Shown piece after piece: positions 38,380-48,512 of a DNA stretch of 64,000 bases; position 1 is the first letter of the stretch, and the number at the start of each line of letters is the position of its first letter. The stretch covers positions 311,367 through 375,366 of the forward strand of contig CAVRJJ010000005.1 of the NCBI GenBank assembly GCA_963721685.1, in the 5' to 3' direction. The notes beneath the pieces were generated by a model, which was given only the letters and a program-made list of their open reading frames with translations, was not told the DNA's origin and did no database searches. Position numbers and translations under genes: made by a program. The stretch is from an uncultured bacterium (lineage in GTDB: Bacteria > Patescibacteriota > Saccharimonadia > UBA4664 > SCTI01).

Positions 38380-39354
38380 ATGAAATTTGTGACAATTGGT
38401 ATTAGTAGTCTACTAAGTACCGTCTTTTATCTTGCCTTGTTTGCTGGAGGGGCCCGAGCTGAAGGCGGCGGTGGGGTAGTAATTTCGCCTCCATTCCAGG
38501 AAGTAATTGTTGCTGATGCGCAGAGTACCACCCTTGGTATCACCCTAACAAACCGCACCAAAACGAACCAGTCAATAAGTGCCACCACAATTGATTTTGA
38601 GTCACTTGATGAGTCAGGCGGCGTCGCCTTTTTGGGTTCTGAAATTAACGACTTAGAACGAAAATACGGGCTGGCGAACTGGCTCAAACTTGATGCCGCG
38701 CAGACAACACTTCCGGCTGGCGGATCAAAAAAAATAATGGTCAGTTTGGAGAATCGGCCGGATCTATCGCCCGGAGGGCATTATGGCGCGGTGATTTTTA
38801 AAATTGAGGGACCACCAGCGGCGGGGAGTCCTAATAGCGTAGCTGTTAAACAGGTCTTGGCGTCGCTTATTTTTGCAAAGAAGCGGGGCGGTGAACGTTA
38901 CGATTTGAAGCTTGCGAGCATGCATCCGCCAAGTAAATGGACGGGCGGGAACCAAAAAGTGAAGTTAAGGTTTTATAACCCCGGCAATGTTCATCTGGTT
39001 CCCCGCGGCGTCTTAAGGTTAGAGGATTCAAGGGGGAAGCTAATAAGTAAAAGCGTGATTAATTCCGATTCGGGCATACTGTTACCCGAAGCCTACCGCC
39101 AATATTTAGTAACTCTAGCAGATGTGCCTATTTTAAAACCGGGGAAATATCGGCTCGAAGCCGAGTACCGTTATGATGGCATCGAGCAAACAATTACATT
39201 CACTAAACAAATCACCATATTTGATTGGCGCTTCGCCGTGTTTTTGGGGGCGTGGGCAAGCGTTATTATCATCCCGGTCATTGCATTAATAATTTTTTTG
39301 CTGCGTCGGCAACGGCGCAAGAAAAAGCGGCGCAAACATCACGCGGCATTTTGA
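38380..39354 (+). CDS. second DUF916/WxL-interacting-like membrane protein
   Basis: PGGHYGAV.F, NPGNVH..P.G, LLP...R and GKY motifs; C-terminal TM plus RRQRRKKKRRK. Confidence 0.7.
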   Translation: MKFVTIGISSLLSTVFYLALFAGGARAEGGGGVVISPPFQEVIVADAQSTTLGITLTNRTKTNQSISATTIDFESLDESGGVAFLGSEINDLERKYGLANWLKLDAAQTTLPAGGSKKIMVSLENRPDLSPGGHYGAVIFKIEGPPAAGSPNSVAVKQVLASLIFAKKRGGERYDLKLASMHPPSKWTGGNQKVKLRFYNPGNVHLVPRGVLRLEDSRGKLISKSVINSDSGILLPEAYRQYLVTLADVPILKPGKYRLEAEYRYDGIEQTITFTKQITIFDWRFAVFLGAWASVIIIPVIALIIFLLRRQRRKKKRRKHHAAF

Positions 39355-39459
39355 TTCCATCAAAACCCCAAATTCATCTGTAAAGGTAGTTGATTACTTC
39401 TGTTAAAACGGTTATGCTGAAGAAGCATAAGTGTTATGTGAGGTCGAAAAAACGTTCCC

Positions 39460-42400
39460 ATGCTAGTTACCAGAATTTCGGGGAAGTTTAAGCGCACCAT
39501 AGGAAAGACTATGGGGGGCGTTCTTTTGGCTGTCTTAAGTCTTATTCCTCTTATGGCCGGTCCAACGGCTGAAGCCGCGGCCGGTACCAACCAGCAAATC
39601 AATTTCCAAGGAAAAGTGGTTAACCCAGACGGCACTAATATTCCAAACGGGACGTACAATATTGAATTTAAAATTTATCAGGACGGTGATGGGGCACTTG
39701 GCGGCGGGGATGAAACCCTAAAGTGGACGGAAAGCCGGCTGCGTGATAACAGCCAAGGGGTAACCATTACTGATGGTATTTTCCAGGTTAATTTAGGGTC
39801 AGTTAATAGCACCCTCGGCAGCGCGGTGGATTTCAACCAAGACACCTTGTGGCTTTCAATCAACCTAGGGAATACCAATGCTAGTTGTACTCCCTTTAGT
39901 GGGTGTGCTCCCGATGGCGAGATGGATCCTTTCATTCGCTTTACCTCGGCACCTTATGCCATGAACTCTGGCAAATTAAACGGTCTGACGAGCTCACAGT
40001 TTGTCCAGCTTGCCCAAGGAGTACAAACTGATAGTTCCACGGCTTCAAGCATTTTCCTCAACAAGACCGGAGCTACCGGAAACATCATCCAACTCCAAGA
40101 CGCCGGTACCGACGCCTTTGTGGTCGGTAACGCTGGTAACACCAGTATTAACACCAACTCCGCAACCGCTTTAACCGTCCAGAACGGCTCTAACAACGCC
40201 TTTGGCGTCGATACCTCTAACATCAAAGTAGCTATTGGACTGTCTACCGCCTCTGCTAGCTCAAGGCTAAGTGTCGCCGGACAAGGAGCCGCCAACGGCA
40301 TTACCTTAGGTGACGGGGCAACCGGATCAGCCAACCTGTATGTTAGCGCCAATGATACCCTTAAGACTGATGACGCGTTGATTGTCGGCACCATAGGTTC
40401 AGGCGGTACTAACTTGCTTTGTTACGATGGTTTCAACAAGCTAAGTACCTGCAGTAACGCCCCTGGAGCTGGAGCCTACCTAGCCAAGAACGCTACAGAC
40501 ACCTCATCCGCAGCCGTAACCGCAGCTAACTATCTCTACGGGTTCACTAACTCATCCAGCGCCATAGCTTCCGGAGTCCTTAATATAGACAACGGCACTA
40601 ATACCGGTAATGCCCTAAGAGTAACTACATCTGGCAACCCGGGAGCGGGCAACGCCTTAATCTTCGCCAGCAATAACCACGCCAGCCCAAGCGGCAACCT
40701 ATTAGATCTGCAGTCCGGCTCCAGCCCTACGAGTGTGTTTAGTGTGAGTGCTGACGGAGTCACAACGAGTGCCAGCCAAATAACATCCAATTACGGAGAC
40801 AGCGGGCAAATAATTCTCACAAGAAATAATCCTGGAGGAGAAGCAAGAATAGTCCTTGGTAATAGCGGACAAGTTTATATTACTCACACGAATGCCAACG
40901 AGCTATCAGTGACGGGGAGTCTTATAATAGAGGGTGCCAGTTCCAACCTCACCGTCCAAGGCACGGGCACCAGTAATTTTGTTGGCAACGTAGATATAGC
41001 CGGCACCCTTAAGGCCGGAACAAGCGATGCTTTCCAAGTTGGTGCTACAGGAGTAGTTAATTATGTAGCCGGTTCAACCGATACCGCCGCCGCGGTTTGT
41101 CGTAATGCTGCTGGCCAGCTGGCAGGCTGCAACACTACCGGAAACGGTGCCGCGTTCATCCAGGGCGGCAATGCCTTCGCTGCTACTGCTGTACTCGGAA
41201 CTAATGATGCTAATGGCCTGCAGATTGTCACCGGTAGTGGCGGACCAAATGGACGGGCATACTTTGATACCAGCAACAACTTATACCTTGGTAATGCTGG
41301 TACTACTGGATTAGCAGCCGCTCCGAACGCCTTTACTATCAGCGGGACCGGAAGCAGCGCGGCAGCCGGCGGAGCAGCCGGCGGCAACCTGACCATCAAA
41401 GCTGGGCTAGGCACCGCTACAGGCAGCGGCAGCGCCGGCGGAGTTCTAGCCTTAGCCGGTGGTGCGGCCCAAGGAGACGGAACCGTTAACCGCAACGGCG
41501 GCAACCTGACCTTAGATGGCGGCGCCAAAGTAGGTGCCGGCGGGACAATCGGCAATATTGTCCTGCAGGGTAGCGGGGGAAATGTGGGCATAGGAGCCAC
41601 TCCTACCACCACTGCCCGGCTTCAGGTGTCCGGGAACATAGAACTTATTAACGATAATGACTCATTGCTATTTGGTAATGATGTTACCACAAAATATAAC
41701 GGCACTGATCTAGTTACAACCCTACATAACACTGCCAATAGGTACGTAGTAAGCGGAACGGCTACTGGTGCTGTGTTGTCAGTCGCTAACTTCAACAATA
41801 CGGATACTAACTCAAGTGGTGGCGCCGGATTCCTGTTCTCGGCTGGCACTACCAGTGCGTTTATCGGAGGTGTGGTAAGTCAAAGAATTGATGCCGCAAA
41901 TAATTCAAGAACTGCCATAAGGGTATTATCAAATGGAGTTTTGAGCGGGTCAGACGCCGCGGCACCGTTCTACCTACAAGGCTCCAACTCAAACGGAATA
42001 ACGGCGTACTTTGGAGCCCGTACAGCTATTTTCAAAAATGACACCGATAGCCCCACCGCCCTCCAGGTCCAGAACGTCATTGGCACTAGCATCTTCAATG
42101 TAGATACAGCAAACTCTAAGATAGGTACAGCCAATTCCACGACTGCCAGCACAGCCGCACTTACAATTAAGTCAGGTGATGCCTCAATCGGCAGCAACTT
42201 AAGTTCAGGCAATGTCGTAATAGATTCCGGTACGGCTACCGGCTCAGGTACCGCCGGCAGCATTTCTATCGGTGCAGGCGCCTACGCCCACAACACTACT
42301 ATAGGGAATACTACTACCACTAGCTCTGTTATGCTGCAGGCGGGCAGTACCGGTGGAATTAATATCGGTACGGTTGGTTCCGCAACCACGGGCTCGACTA

Positions 42401-43320
42401 TACATATTGCCGACACCAGCAGCGGTACGGGTATCCAAAACATTACCATTGGTTCAAGTGCCAACTCCGCCAACTTCGTTACCTTGCAAGGTGGTGCAGG
42501 GGGTGGAGTGAATTTGCTGGCTAACGGCAGTAGCAATAACGGGGTAGTGGTTAGAACCACAACATCTAATTCTTCTCAAGCCTTTCAGATCCAGAACTCT
42601 GCCAGTAGCAGTATCTTCACAGCTGATACCAGTACAACTCGTATAACTATCGGCGGGGCGAGCGGCACTCTAAGCAATCGAAACCTGGAAGTTGTTAGTG
42701 TAGACGTAACTTCAGTAATACGGATAGGAGATGCTACAAATGGAGTTAGTTATAACGATGCTGCCACGGGAGTAACTGGCAAGCTTCGTAAATATGGAAC
42801 TGCTAGAGAATCACGAACAATTACCTTGGCACCGGAGTATGCGGGGGTAGTGTTAACGGGAGACGGTACCAACAACACCGGTACAATGACTTCAGACTAT
42901 TGCTCTGGTACTAGTCGCAGAAGTATAAATACCAGCATTTGTGCAGCTAATGATGAATTCAATTATTACTCGTGGACGGCCCAGGCAACTAATGACTATG
43001 ACGTCTGGATAAGGTGGCAAGTTCCTAGCGACTTTAGTTCATGGACAGCCAGTAATCCTATTCAATTCTATGGTTGGAGAAGTAGTAGTTCGGCCAATAA
43101 TGTTGTAACACTCACTATGTATAACGCTTCAGGGTCCGTATGCGGAACAGCAACAAGCATTACTAATACTACTACGTGGACAGCTACCAACTATTCATCT
43201 TCCGGTTGTAGTCCAGCAGCGGGGGAAATAATGACTATTCGCATCACCTTGTCTGTTGGCGTAAATAATGAATTTGTTAGAGTTAGTAATATATCCTTAA
43301 ATTATTTGAGTGCGTACTAA
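39460..43320 (+). CDS. large secreted Gly/Thr/Ser/Asn-rich adhesin / fibre-like protein
   Basis: 1286 aa; signal peptide; INFQGK...GTYN..F.IY...WTE N-terminal domain; long beta-repeat stalk; Cys-containing C-terminal domain. Confidence 0.75.
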   Translation: MLVTRISGKFKRTIGKTMGGVLLAVLSLIPLMAGPTAEAAAGTNQQINFQGKVVNPDGTNIPNGTYNIEFKIYQDGDGALGGGDETLKWTESRLRDNSQGVTITDGIFQVNLGSVNSTLGSAVDFNQDTLWLSINLGNTNASCTPFSGCAPDGEMDPFIRFTSAPYAMNSGKLNGLTSSQFVQLAQGVQTDSSTASSIFLNKTGATGNIIQLQDAGTDAFVVGNAGNTSINTNSATALTVQNGSNNAFGVDTSNIKVAIGLSTASASSRLSVAGQGAANGITLGDGATGSANLYVSANDTLKTDDALIVGTIGSGGTNLLCYDGFNKLSTCSNAPGAGAYLAKNATDTSSAAVTAANYLYGFTNSSSAIASGVLNIDNGTNTGNALRVTTSGNPGAGNALIFASNNHASPSGNLLDLQSGSSPTSVFSVSADGVTTSASQITSNYGDSGQIILTRNNPGGEARIVLGNSGQVYITHTNANELSVTGSLIIEGASSNLTVQGTGTSNFVGNVDIAGTLKAGTSDAFQVGATGVVNYVAGSTDTAAAVCRNAAGQLAGCNTTGNGAAFIQGGNAFAATAVLGTNDANGLQIVTGSGGPNGRAYFDTSNNLYLGNAGTTGLAAAPNAFTISGTGSSAAAGGAAGGNLTIKAGLGTATGSGSAGGVLALAGGAAQGDGTVNRNGGNLTLDGGAKVGAGGTIGNIVLQGSGGNVGIGATPTTTARLQVSGNIELINDNDSLLFGNDVTTKYNGTDLVTTLHNTANRYVVSGTATGAVLSVANFNNTDTNSSGGAGFLFSAGTTSAFIGGVVSQRIDAANNSRTAIRVLSNGVLSGSDAAAPFYLQGSNSNGITAYFGARTAIFKNDTDSPTALQVQNVIGTSIFNVDTANSKIGTANSTTASTAALTIKSGDASIGSNLSSGNVVIDSGTATGSGTAGSISIGAGAYAHNTTIGNTTTTSSVMLQAGSTGGINIGTVGSATTGSTIHIADTSSGTGIQNITIGSSANSANFVTLQGGAGGGVNLLANGSSNNGVVVRTTTSNSSQAFQIQNSASSSIFTADTSTTRITIGGASGTLSNRNLEVVSVDVTSVIRIGDATNGVSYNDAATGVTGKLRKYGTARESRTITLAPEYAGVVLTGDGTNNTGTMTSDYCSGTSRRSINTSICAANDEFNYYSWTAQATNDYDVWIRWQVPSDFSSWTASNPIQFYGWRSSSSANNVVTLTMYNASGSVCGTATSITNTTTWTATNYSSSGCSPAAGEIMTIRITLSVGVNNEFVRVSNISLNYLSAY

Positions 43321-43517
43321 GTATATTATGGCTACAAAATACTTCAGAATGGAAAAAAAAATACCAGGCATCTTGCATTCTCTCAAAATTGCCTGGCAAA
43401 AACCATCGCAAGTATCTCGATATATATTAAAAAATCTTTACGATAAGCAATCAAATTACAATAATTCCATCACTAATGGATGCCAGAGATGATATTTAAA
43501 TTACGAGGACCAATTAA

Positions 43518-45458
43518 GTGGTTAACCTCATGAAGCGCGTCAGTTATGGCTTGATGAATGGGATAATTATTAATTTAATTATCCTTTCTTCAGTTTCTCA
43601 GGCGGCGATTAATCAATCAGCCTACAGATTCTTAAACAATATGGACAATACGAACCCAACTTTTCTTAACTCCAATGCATCTTCGGCAGATGAAACTGTA
43701 GGGGCTAAGGATATAGACACCATAAATGCCAATATATTTATAGGAGGTCATAACAGTAAATGGTTAATAGAAAAGCGCTCTGAGTTAGATGGTGGTTTAG
43801 TGTCAGCATTTGGTACCAATGGTTTAATAGAACAAGATATTACAGGAAATTCTGAAGAAATTGCAGGAATTAAAGCGCACAATAGTGACGCTTCTATATT
43901 TGTTGCTGGATCAGATAGGAGTGTTGGGGCTGCTGATGCTCAATGGAGAATAGAAAAAAGAAATTATGTTACCGGTGCGCTGATTAATGGTTTTGGGACA
44001 AATGGTGTTGTTACCAGCAATCCTTCGTCTGGTAACGATATAGTTACGGATATTATCCTAGATAAAAATGGTGGGTATATTTATATTTCCGGATATGATG
44101 TTATTCCTGGTAATAATGAGTGGAGAATAGAGAAAAGAACGGTTGCTACCGGTGCGTTAGTATCGAGCTTTGGGACAAATGGTGTATTTACGCTCAACCC
44201 ATCTAATCAAGATGATAGAGTACGAACACTAAATTTAGATCCTACTGCAACATATATTTATGTGGTTGGATCTGACGAAGGAAACGGCAACACCCAGTGG
44301 AGGTTGGATAAACGTCGTGCTTCGGATGCTGCTGCCTGCACGGCTGCTAACTGCGGAACATTATTTGGGACCGCAGGGACCTATACTAGTAATCCCAGCA
44401 ACAGAGCAGATGATATTTTATCACTTCAGGTAGATGATGCAGGCGGAGCGATTTATTTGGGTGGTTTCGATGGTGCAGTTGCAAATAATAACTCACAATG
44501 GAGAATTGAAAAAATAAATTTATTAACGGGAGCACTGATTACTGGATTTGGTACAAATGGTGTGGTGCTGTCAAACCCAAGCAGCAATAATGATGCAATT
44601 ACTGGAATGGCGCTGGATGGTGCCGGGGGCTATTTATACATTACAGGCTATGATAACACTTCAAGTGATATGCGATGGAGAGTGGAAAAAAGACAAAGAG
44701 GATCAGGTGCATTAGTGACAGCTTTTGGTACGAATGGTGTGGTAACTAGTAATCCTAGTAGCAATAACGACCAGCCATATTCCATAAATGTAGATATAGA
44801 TAGAAACCTCTTGTTTGGTATCGGAATGGATAAAGTGTTAGGCTCATCAAATCAACAATGGAGAATTGAGCAATATCAAACCGATACGGGAAGTTTTTGG
44901 CTAGCTAATGCTAATACTGCTGCGATTGCGAGTACCAACATAACTTTTAGGCTTAGAATGTTGCTTCATACAGACGTTAATCTACTTTCATCGAGTAATA
45001 CACAGTTCAAGCTTCAAACCGCTCCAAAAGTAGGTACTTGTGACACTAGTTTTATAGGTGAGTCGTATGTGGATGTTGTATCAAATTCGGGAGAGGTTTT
45101 GTACAATGATAATCCTTCATTGGCTGACGGTGCATCTGCGGTTGCAGTAAACGGTGATCCGACCCATAGTGGCGACACTAACGTTTTGCAAACAATTGAG
45201 GAGCTTAATAATTTTACAAATCCTAACACAATTTCAGCAAACCAAGATGGCTTATGGGATTTTGTTCTAAAAGATAATTCGGCTTTTGGGGCTTATTGCT
45301 TTCGGGCTGTATATAGTGATGGGTCTCCATTGGAAAGCTATACGACGATTCCAGAAATAACTTTCTGCAAAGATGATCCGAAAACAGATAACTTACTTCG
45401 TGGGGGAACATATTTTTGTGAAGGTATTAAGCGATCTTATTTTTGGGCCAAAGATTAA
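43518..45458 (+). CDS. secreted beta-propeller-repeat protein (delta-60-like repeats), AT-rich
   Basis: About six WRIEKR...GALV..FGTNGV..SNPS repeats; C-terminal YCFR...PE domain. Confidence 0.75.
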   Translation: MVNLMKRVSYGLMNGIIINLIILSSVSQAAINQSAYRFLNNMDNTNPTFLNSNASSADETVGAKDIDTINANIFIGGHNSKWLIEKRSELDGGLVSAFGTNGLIEQDITGNSEEIAGIKAHNSDASIFVAGSDRSVGAADAQWRIEKRNYVTGALINGFGTNGVVTSNPSSGNDIVTDIILDKNGGYIYISGYDVIPGNNEWRIEKRTVATGALVSSFGTNGVFTLNPSNQDDRVRTLNLDPTATYIYVVGSDEGNGNTQWRLDKRRASDAAACTAANCGTLFGTAGTYTSNPSNRADDILSLQVDDAGGAIYLGGFDGAVANNNSQWRIEKINLLTGALITGFGTNGVVLSNPSSNNDAITGMALDGAGGYLYITGYDNTSSDMRWRVEKRQRGSGALVTAFGTNGVVTSNPSSNNDQPYSINVDIDRNLLFGIGMDKVLGSSNQQWRIEQYQTDTGSFWLANANTAAIASTNITFRLRMLLHTDVNLLSSSNTQFKLQTAPKVGTCDTSFIGESYVDVVSNSGEVLYNDNPSLADGASAVAVNGDPTHSGDTNVLQTIEELNNFTNPNTISANQDGLWDFVLKDNSAFGAYCFRAVYSDGSPLESYTTIPEITFCKDDPKTDNLLRGGTYFCEGIKRSYFWAKD

Positions 45459-46193
45459 TTAATTACCATTAGGAAAATTAATAATTAACTTATCTAGAGA
45501 TTTTGTTAGTGCCCTTATGTTAATGGTGTTATGCCAGTAATAATCACGAGCGCTCAATAAATGAGATTGATCTTTGCCCAACCTTGCAGCAATCTCTCCG
45601 CTCACATTATTCGTATAGTATATTTTTAGGTCCTCTACAACTCTTAGCTGTTCAGATAACGCCGGATCATTTACGTGATTATTTTTCAAATTTTCAAGAT
45701 CGGCTTTGGTATAGTCAAGTATCTCAACTAAAGCTTTTACATTATTTGGATTTTCAATAATGTTTTGGTGGTTAAAAGTTAATAATTGGCGCGTAGCTCT
45801 GGAATTTTTAAACGCGTAGTCTGCCACTTCAATGTAATCATTACAAAAATTTGAAATTTTATGATAATAATCATTAATTCGTTGAGATTTTTGCTCTTGC
45901 GCTTGATCCACAATTTTTTCTCGTATGTTATTACACGCAACTATGCTTTTGTTTAAATGAGCATGATAGATATCGAGACTAGATTGCGTTAGCCCATTTT
46001 TCTCGCGTTGACCCATGGCTTCATCAATAGATCCAACAGAAATTTTTACATCACCTAGCTGTTGCCTTAAATAATTTGCAGTAGATTCCTTTTCATAAGT
46101 GATAAAAGTGAATAATGAAATAACTATTAAAATAAGAATTATAATCAAAAAAAACAGTTTTTTGAATATAGGATTTAGCGTTAGCGCATTCAT
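45459..46193 (-). CDS. hypothetical single-TM helical protein, AT-rich
   Basis: 244-aa ORF with an N-terminal TM. Confidence 0.6.
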   Translation of the reverse strand: MNALTLNPIFKKLFFLIIILILIVISLFTFITYEKESTANYLRQQLGDVKISVGSIDEAMGQREKNGLTQSSLDIYHAHLNKSIVACNNIREKIVDQAQEQKSQRINDYYHKISNFCNDYIEVADYAFKNSRATRQLLTFNHQNIIENPNNVKALVEILDYTKADLENLKNNHVNDPALSEQLRVVEDLKIYYTNNVSGEIAARLGKDQSHLLSARDYYWHNTINIRALTKSLDKLIINFPNGN

Positions 46194-46359
46194 CTAGAAA
46201 TAGTATCATATCAGCTAATAATCTCTACTTCTTCAGATGTCAATTTCACAAGATGTTGGAAGTTAAAAAATGGACTTGACGCGTTATACTTCAGGGCTGA
46301 GGTAGTTGCGTATAAGACTCATCACCTAATGAAACAACCATAAGTGGTATAATTCCGGT

Positions 46360-47190
46360 ATGAAGTGGTTCTCTACCAGAAAGACTGTATTTAAAGCAGT
46401 AATGATAAGTACGTTTTCAGTATGTATGATAGTGGGTGTCGCGCTGGCAAACTCCACCCTTTCCCAGGGTTATCTGGCGCCTAAGCCGGTTGCTACCGGG
46501 GCATTAGTGAGCGCCGATCCCAACCCGGGGGTTGTCCAAAATGCTAATACCCAAAACGTTAATAGTTTGCTGGGGATAGCCCTTGGGCCGACTGCGCTTT
46601 TTACGGTAACCACTTCAGCCAATGAAGTTTCAATCGCGACTTCAGGGGTGGTGCCGGCAATGGTCTCTGATATAAACGGCGATATTAAGGTAGGCGACCG
46701 AATCACCGCTTCAGTGTTGAATGGTATTGGCGCGAAAGCCATCCAAAGCGCCAAGGTGGTGGGGGTGGCCCAAGGCAGCCTAGATGCTAAGTCCAAGAAT
46801 GCCGTAAAAACCAAAGTTAAGGACACCAAAGGCAAGGAGCGCGAAGTGCTGGTGGGCCAAATTCCCGTGCTTATTAGTGTGAGTTTTTACACCTTAGGCG
46901 ATGGCGAGAAGTCGCTGGTTCCAAGCTTTTTGCAAAGTGTTGCCAATGCCATTGCCAGTAAAGAAGTCTCCCAGCTGCCGCTGTTTGTTAGCTTAATTAT
47001 TTTCCTGGTAACCATAACATCAGCCTTCGTTATACTGTACGGTTCAATCCGGTCCAGTATAATTTCCGTTGGACGTAACCCGCTTGCCCGGGGCTCCATT
47101 ATTGGCGGACTCATCCAGGTTGTGTTCCTTGTGGTGGGTCTGATTGTGGTGGGTCTGGCTGCCATCTTCCTCGTACTGCGCTATGTCTAG
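46360..47190 (+). CDS. conserved membrane protein with a C-terminal GRNP helical hairpin
   Basis: Signal peptide; VSD.NG.I..GD.IT.S...G.G.KA motif; two C-terminal TMs flanking GRNPLA. Confidence 0.65.
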   Translation: MKWFSTRKTVFKAVMISTFSVCMIVGVALANSTLSQGYLAPKPVATGALVSADPNPGVVQNANTQNVNSLLGIALGPTALFTVTTSANEVSIATSGVVPAMVSDINGDIKVGDRITASVLNGIGAKAIQSAKVVGVAQGSLDAKSKNAVKTKVKDTKGKEREVLVGQIPVLISVSFYTLGDGEKSLVPSFLQSVANAIASKEVSQLPLFVSLIIFLVTITSAFVILYGSIRSSIISVGRNPLARGSIIGGLIQVVFLVVGLIVVGLAAIFLVLRYV

Positions 47191-47211
47191 GCGTATGCTA
47201 CTGTTATTTAT

Positions 47212-48300
47212 ATGACCATTCCGAGTGACCAGTTTATTAATTTTGCCCGTGCCATTCCGCCAACCTCAGCCTTAATGCCAGAAGAACAGTTTAAAGAATT
47301 GGCTGACGCCGTGATCCACCGCGACGCGATTGTTATCCAATCTTATGGCAATCAAGCGGGTTATCCCGCTTTGCGGGACCAGCTGGCGGCTCAATATAAT
47401 GTTTCCCCGGAACAGGTGCTGGTGGGCGGGGAAGGTTCCTTGCAGTTGTTGGATCTTTTAGCGCACGAGGGTGAGAGCAGTTTAGTTATGGTAGAACAGC
47501 CTTCTTATGACCGGGCAATTATCACCTTTAAGCGTAATGGCGCGCGAGTAGTGGGTATTCCGCTGGAAGACGATGGTATTTCGGTTGAACAGCTTGAGTT
47601 GGCAATTAAAAAATTGGGTGTTCCGCGGTTTGTTTATTTGGTACCCGACTCTCAGAACCCAACCGGTATTACCCTTTCCGCCGTTAAGCGGGGGCAGATT
47701 ATTGCCCTTAGCAAGCAGCATAAATTTACGGTTATCGAAGATATTCCTTATCGGCATCTGCGCTATAGTGGTGAGCCGGAGCCATTGATGCGGTCGTTTG
47801 ATGCCGGGGTTATAACCATGAGCTCATTTAGTAAGCTGATCGCTCCGGGTTTGCGGGTTGGATATATGATCGCCCCGCCAGAAGTGATTACAAAGCTGGT
47901 GAAGTTGGCCGAAGACACCTATGTTTCGCCCGCGCTGCTTAACCAGGCAATTGTTTCAGAATTTATAGCGCGCGAGTTGGTTACAGGCCAGGTTAACCGG
48001 ATTGTAGAGATTTATAAGCCGCGCTGGCAAGCCGCGGCCGCGGCGGCGGCTCAGCTTGGCGGCAGGGTCTACCCCGCTGACGGCGGGTTTATGGTGGGCG
48101 TAGAGCTGTCCGCGGAGGCGAACGTTAAGGATTTGGTTGAGCGTGCCAAGGATGTTGGCGTGGGCATAACGGCGGGGCGGCCATTTTACGCGGAAGCTTT
48201 AAATGAAGCGGATCCCGACCGGTTTTTGCGCCTGCCCTTTTGCGCGCTAACCGAGGAAGAGTTTGGCGAAGGTGTGCGTCGGCTGGCTGCGCTGCACTAG
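47212..48300 (+). CDS. PLP-dependent aminotransferase class I/II (MocR/LysN-like)
   Basis: YG...GY..LR, QNPTG, EDIPY and SFSKLIAPGLRVG motifs. Confidence 0.9.
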   Translation: MTIPSDQFINFARAIPPTSALMPEEQFKELADAVIHRDAIVIQSYGNQAGYPALRDQLAAQYNVSPEQVLVGGEGSLQLLDLLAHEGESSLVMVEQPSYDRAIITFKRNGARVVGIPLEDDGISVEQLELAIKKLGVPRFVYLVPDSQNPTGITLSAVKRGQIIALSKQHKFTVIEDIPYRHLRYSGEPEPLMRSFDAGVITMSSFSKLIAPGLRVGYMIAPPEVITKLVKLAEDTYVSPALLNQAIVSEFIARELVTGQVNRIVEIYKPRWQAAAAAAAQLGGRVYPADGGFMVGVELSAEANVKDLVERAKDVGVGITAGRPFYAEALNEADPDRFLRLPFCALTEEEFGEGVRRLAALH

Positions 48301-48361
48301 ACAACTCCGGCTTGCGTAGAGCAAGCATAACTTGCTACCATCAAGTCTATTAACAACTAAA

Positions 48362-48512
48362 TTCTCTAGGGTGGCGTGAAATTCGCCAATCGGACGTATA
48401 GCCGTCGACCTCGGGCAGCCCGAGGATGATCATGTGAAACTCATGAGCCGACCGTATAGTCGGGACCCGCTATGACAGCGGGTGTTGCATTCGTGCAACA
48501 GAAAGGAGAGAA
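48362..48512 (+). promoter_or_regulatory. FMN (RFN) riboswitch, variant with an insertion in J6/1
   Basis: AGGG..GGCG-TGAAATT-CGCC, P3-P5, GAGCCGAC.GT.TAGTC.GGA; P1 TTCTCT/AGAGAA overlaps the RBS. Confidence 0.85.

Noticed and set aside
39460-43320. Prophage tail fibre
   Set aside because: The protein has a signal peptide, and no capsid, terminase or integrase genes are nearby.
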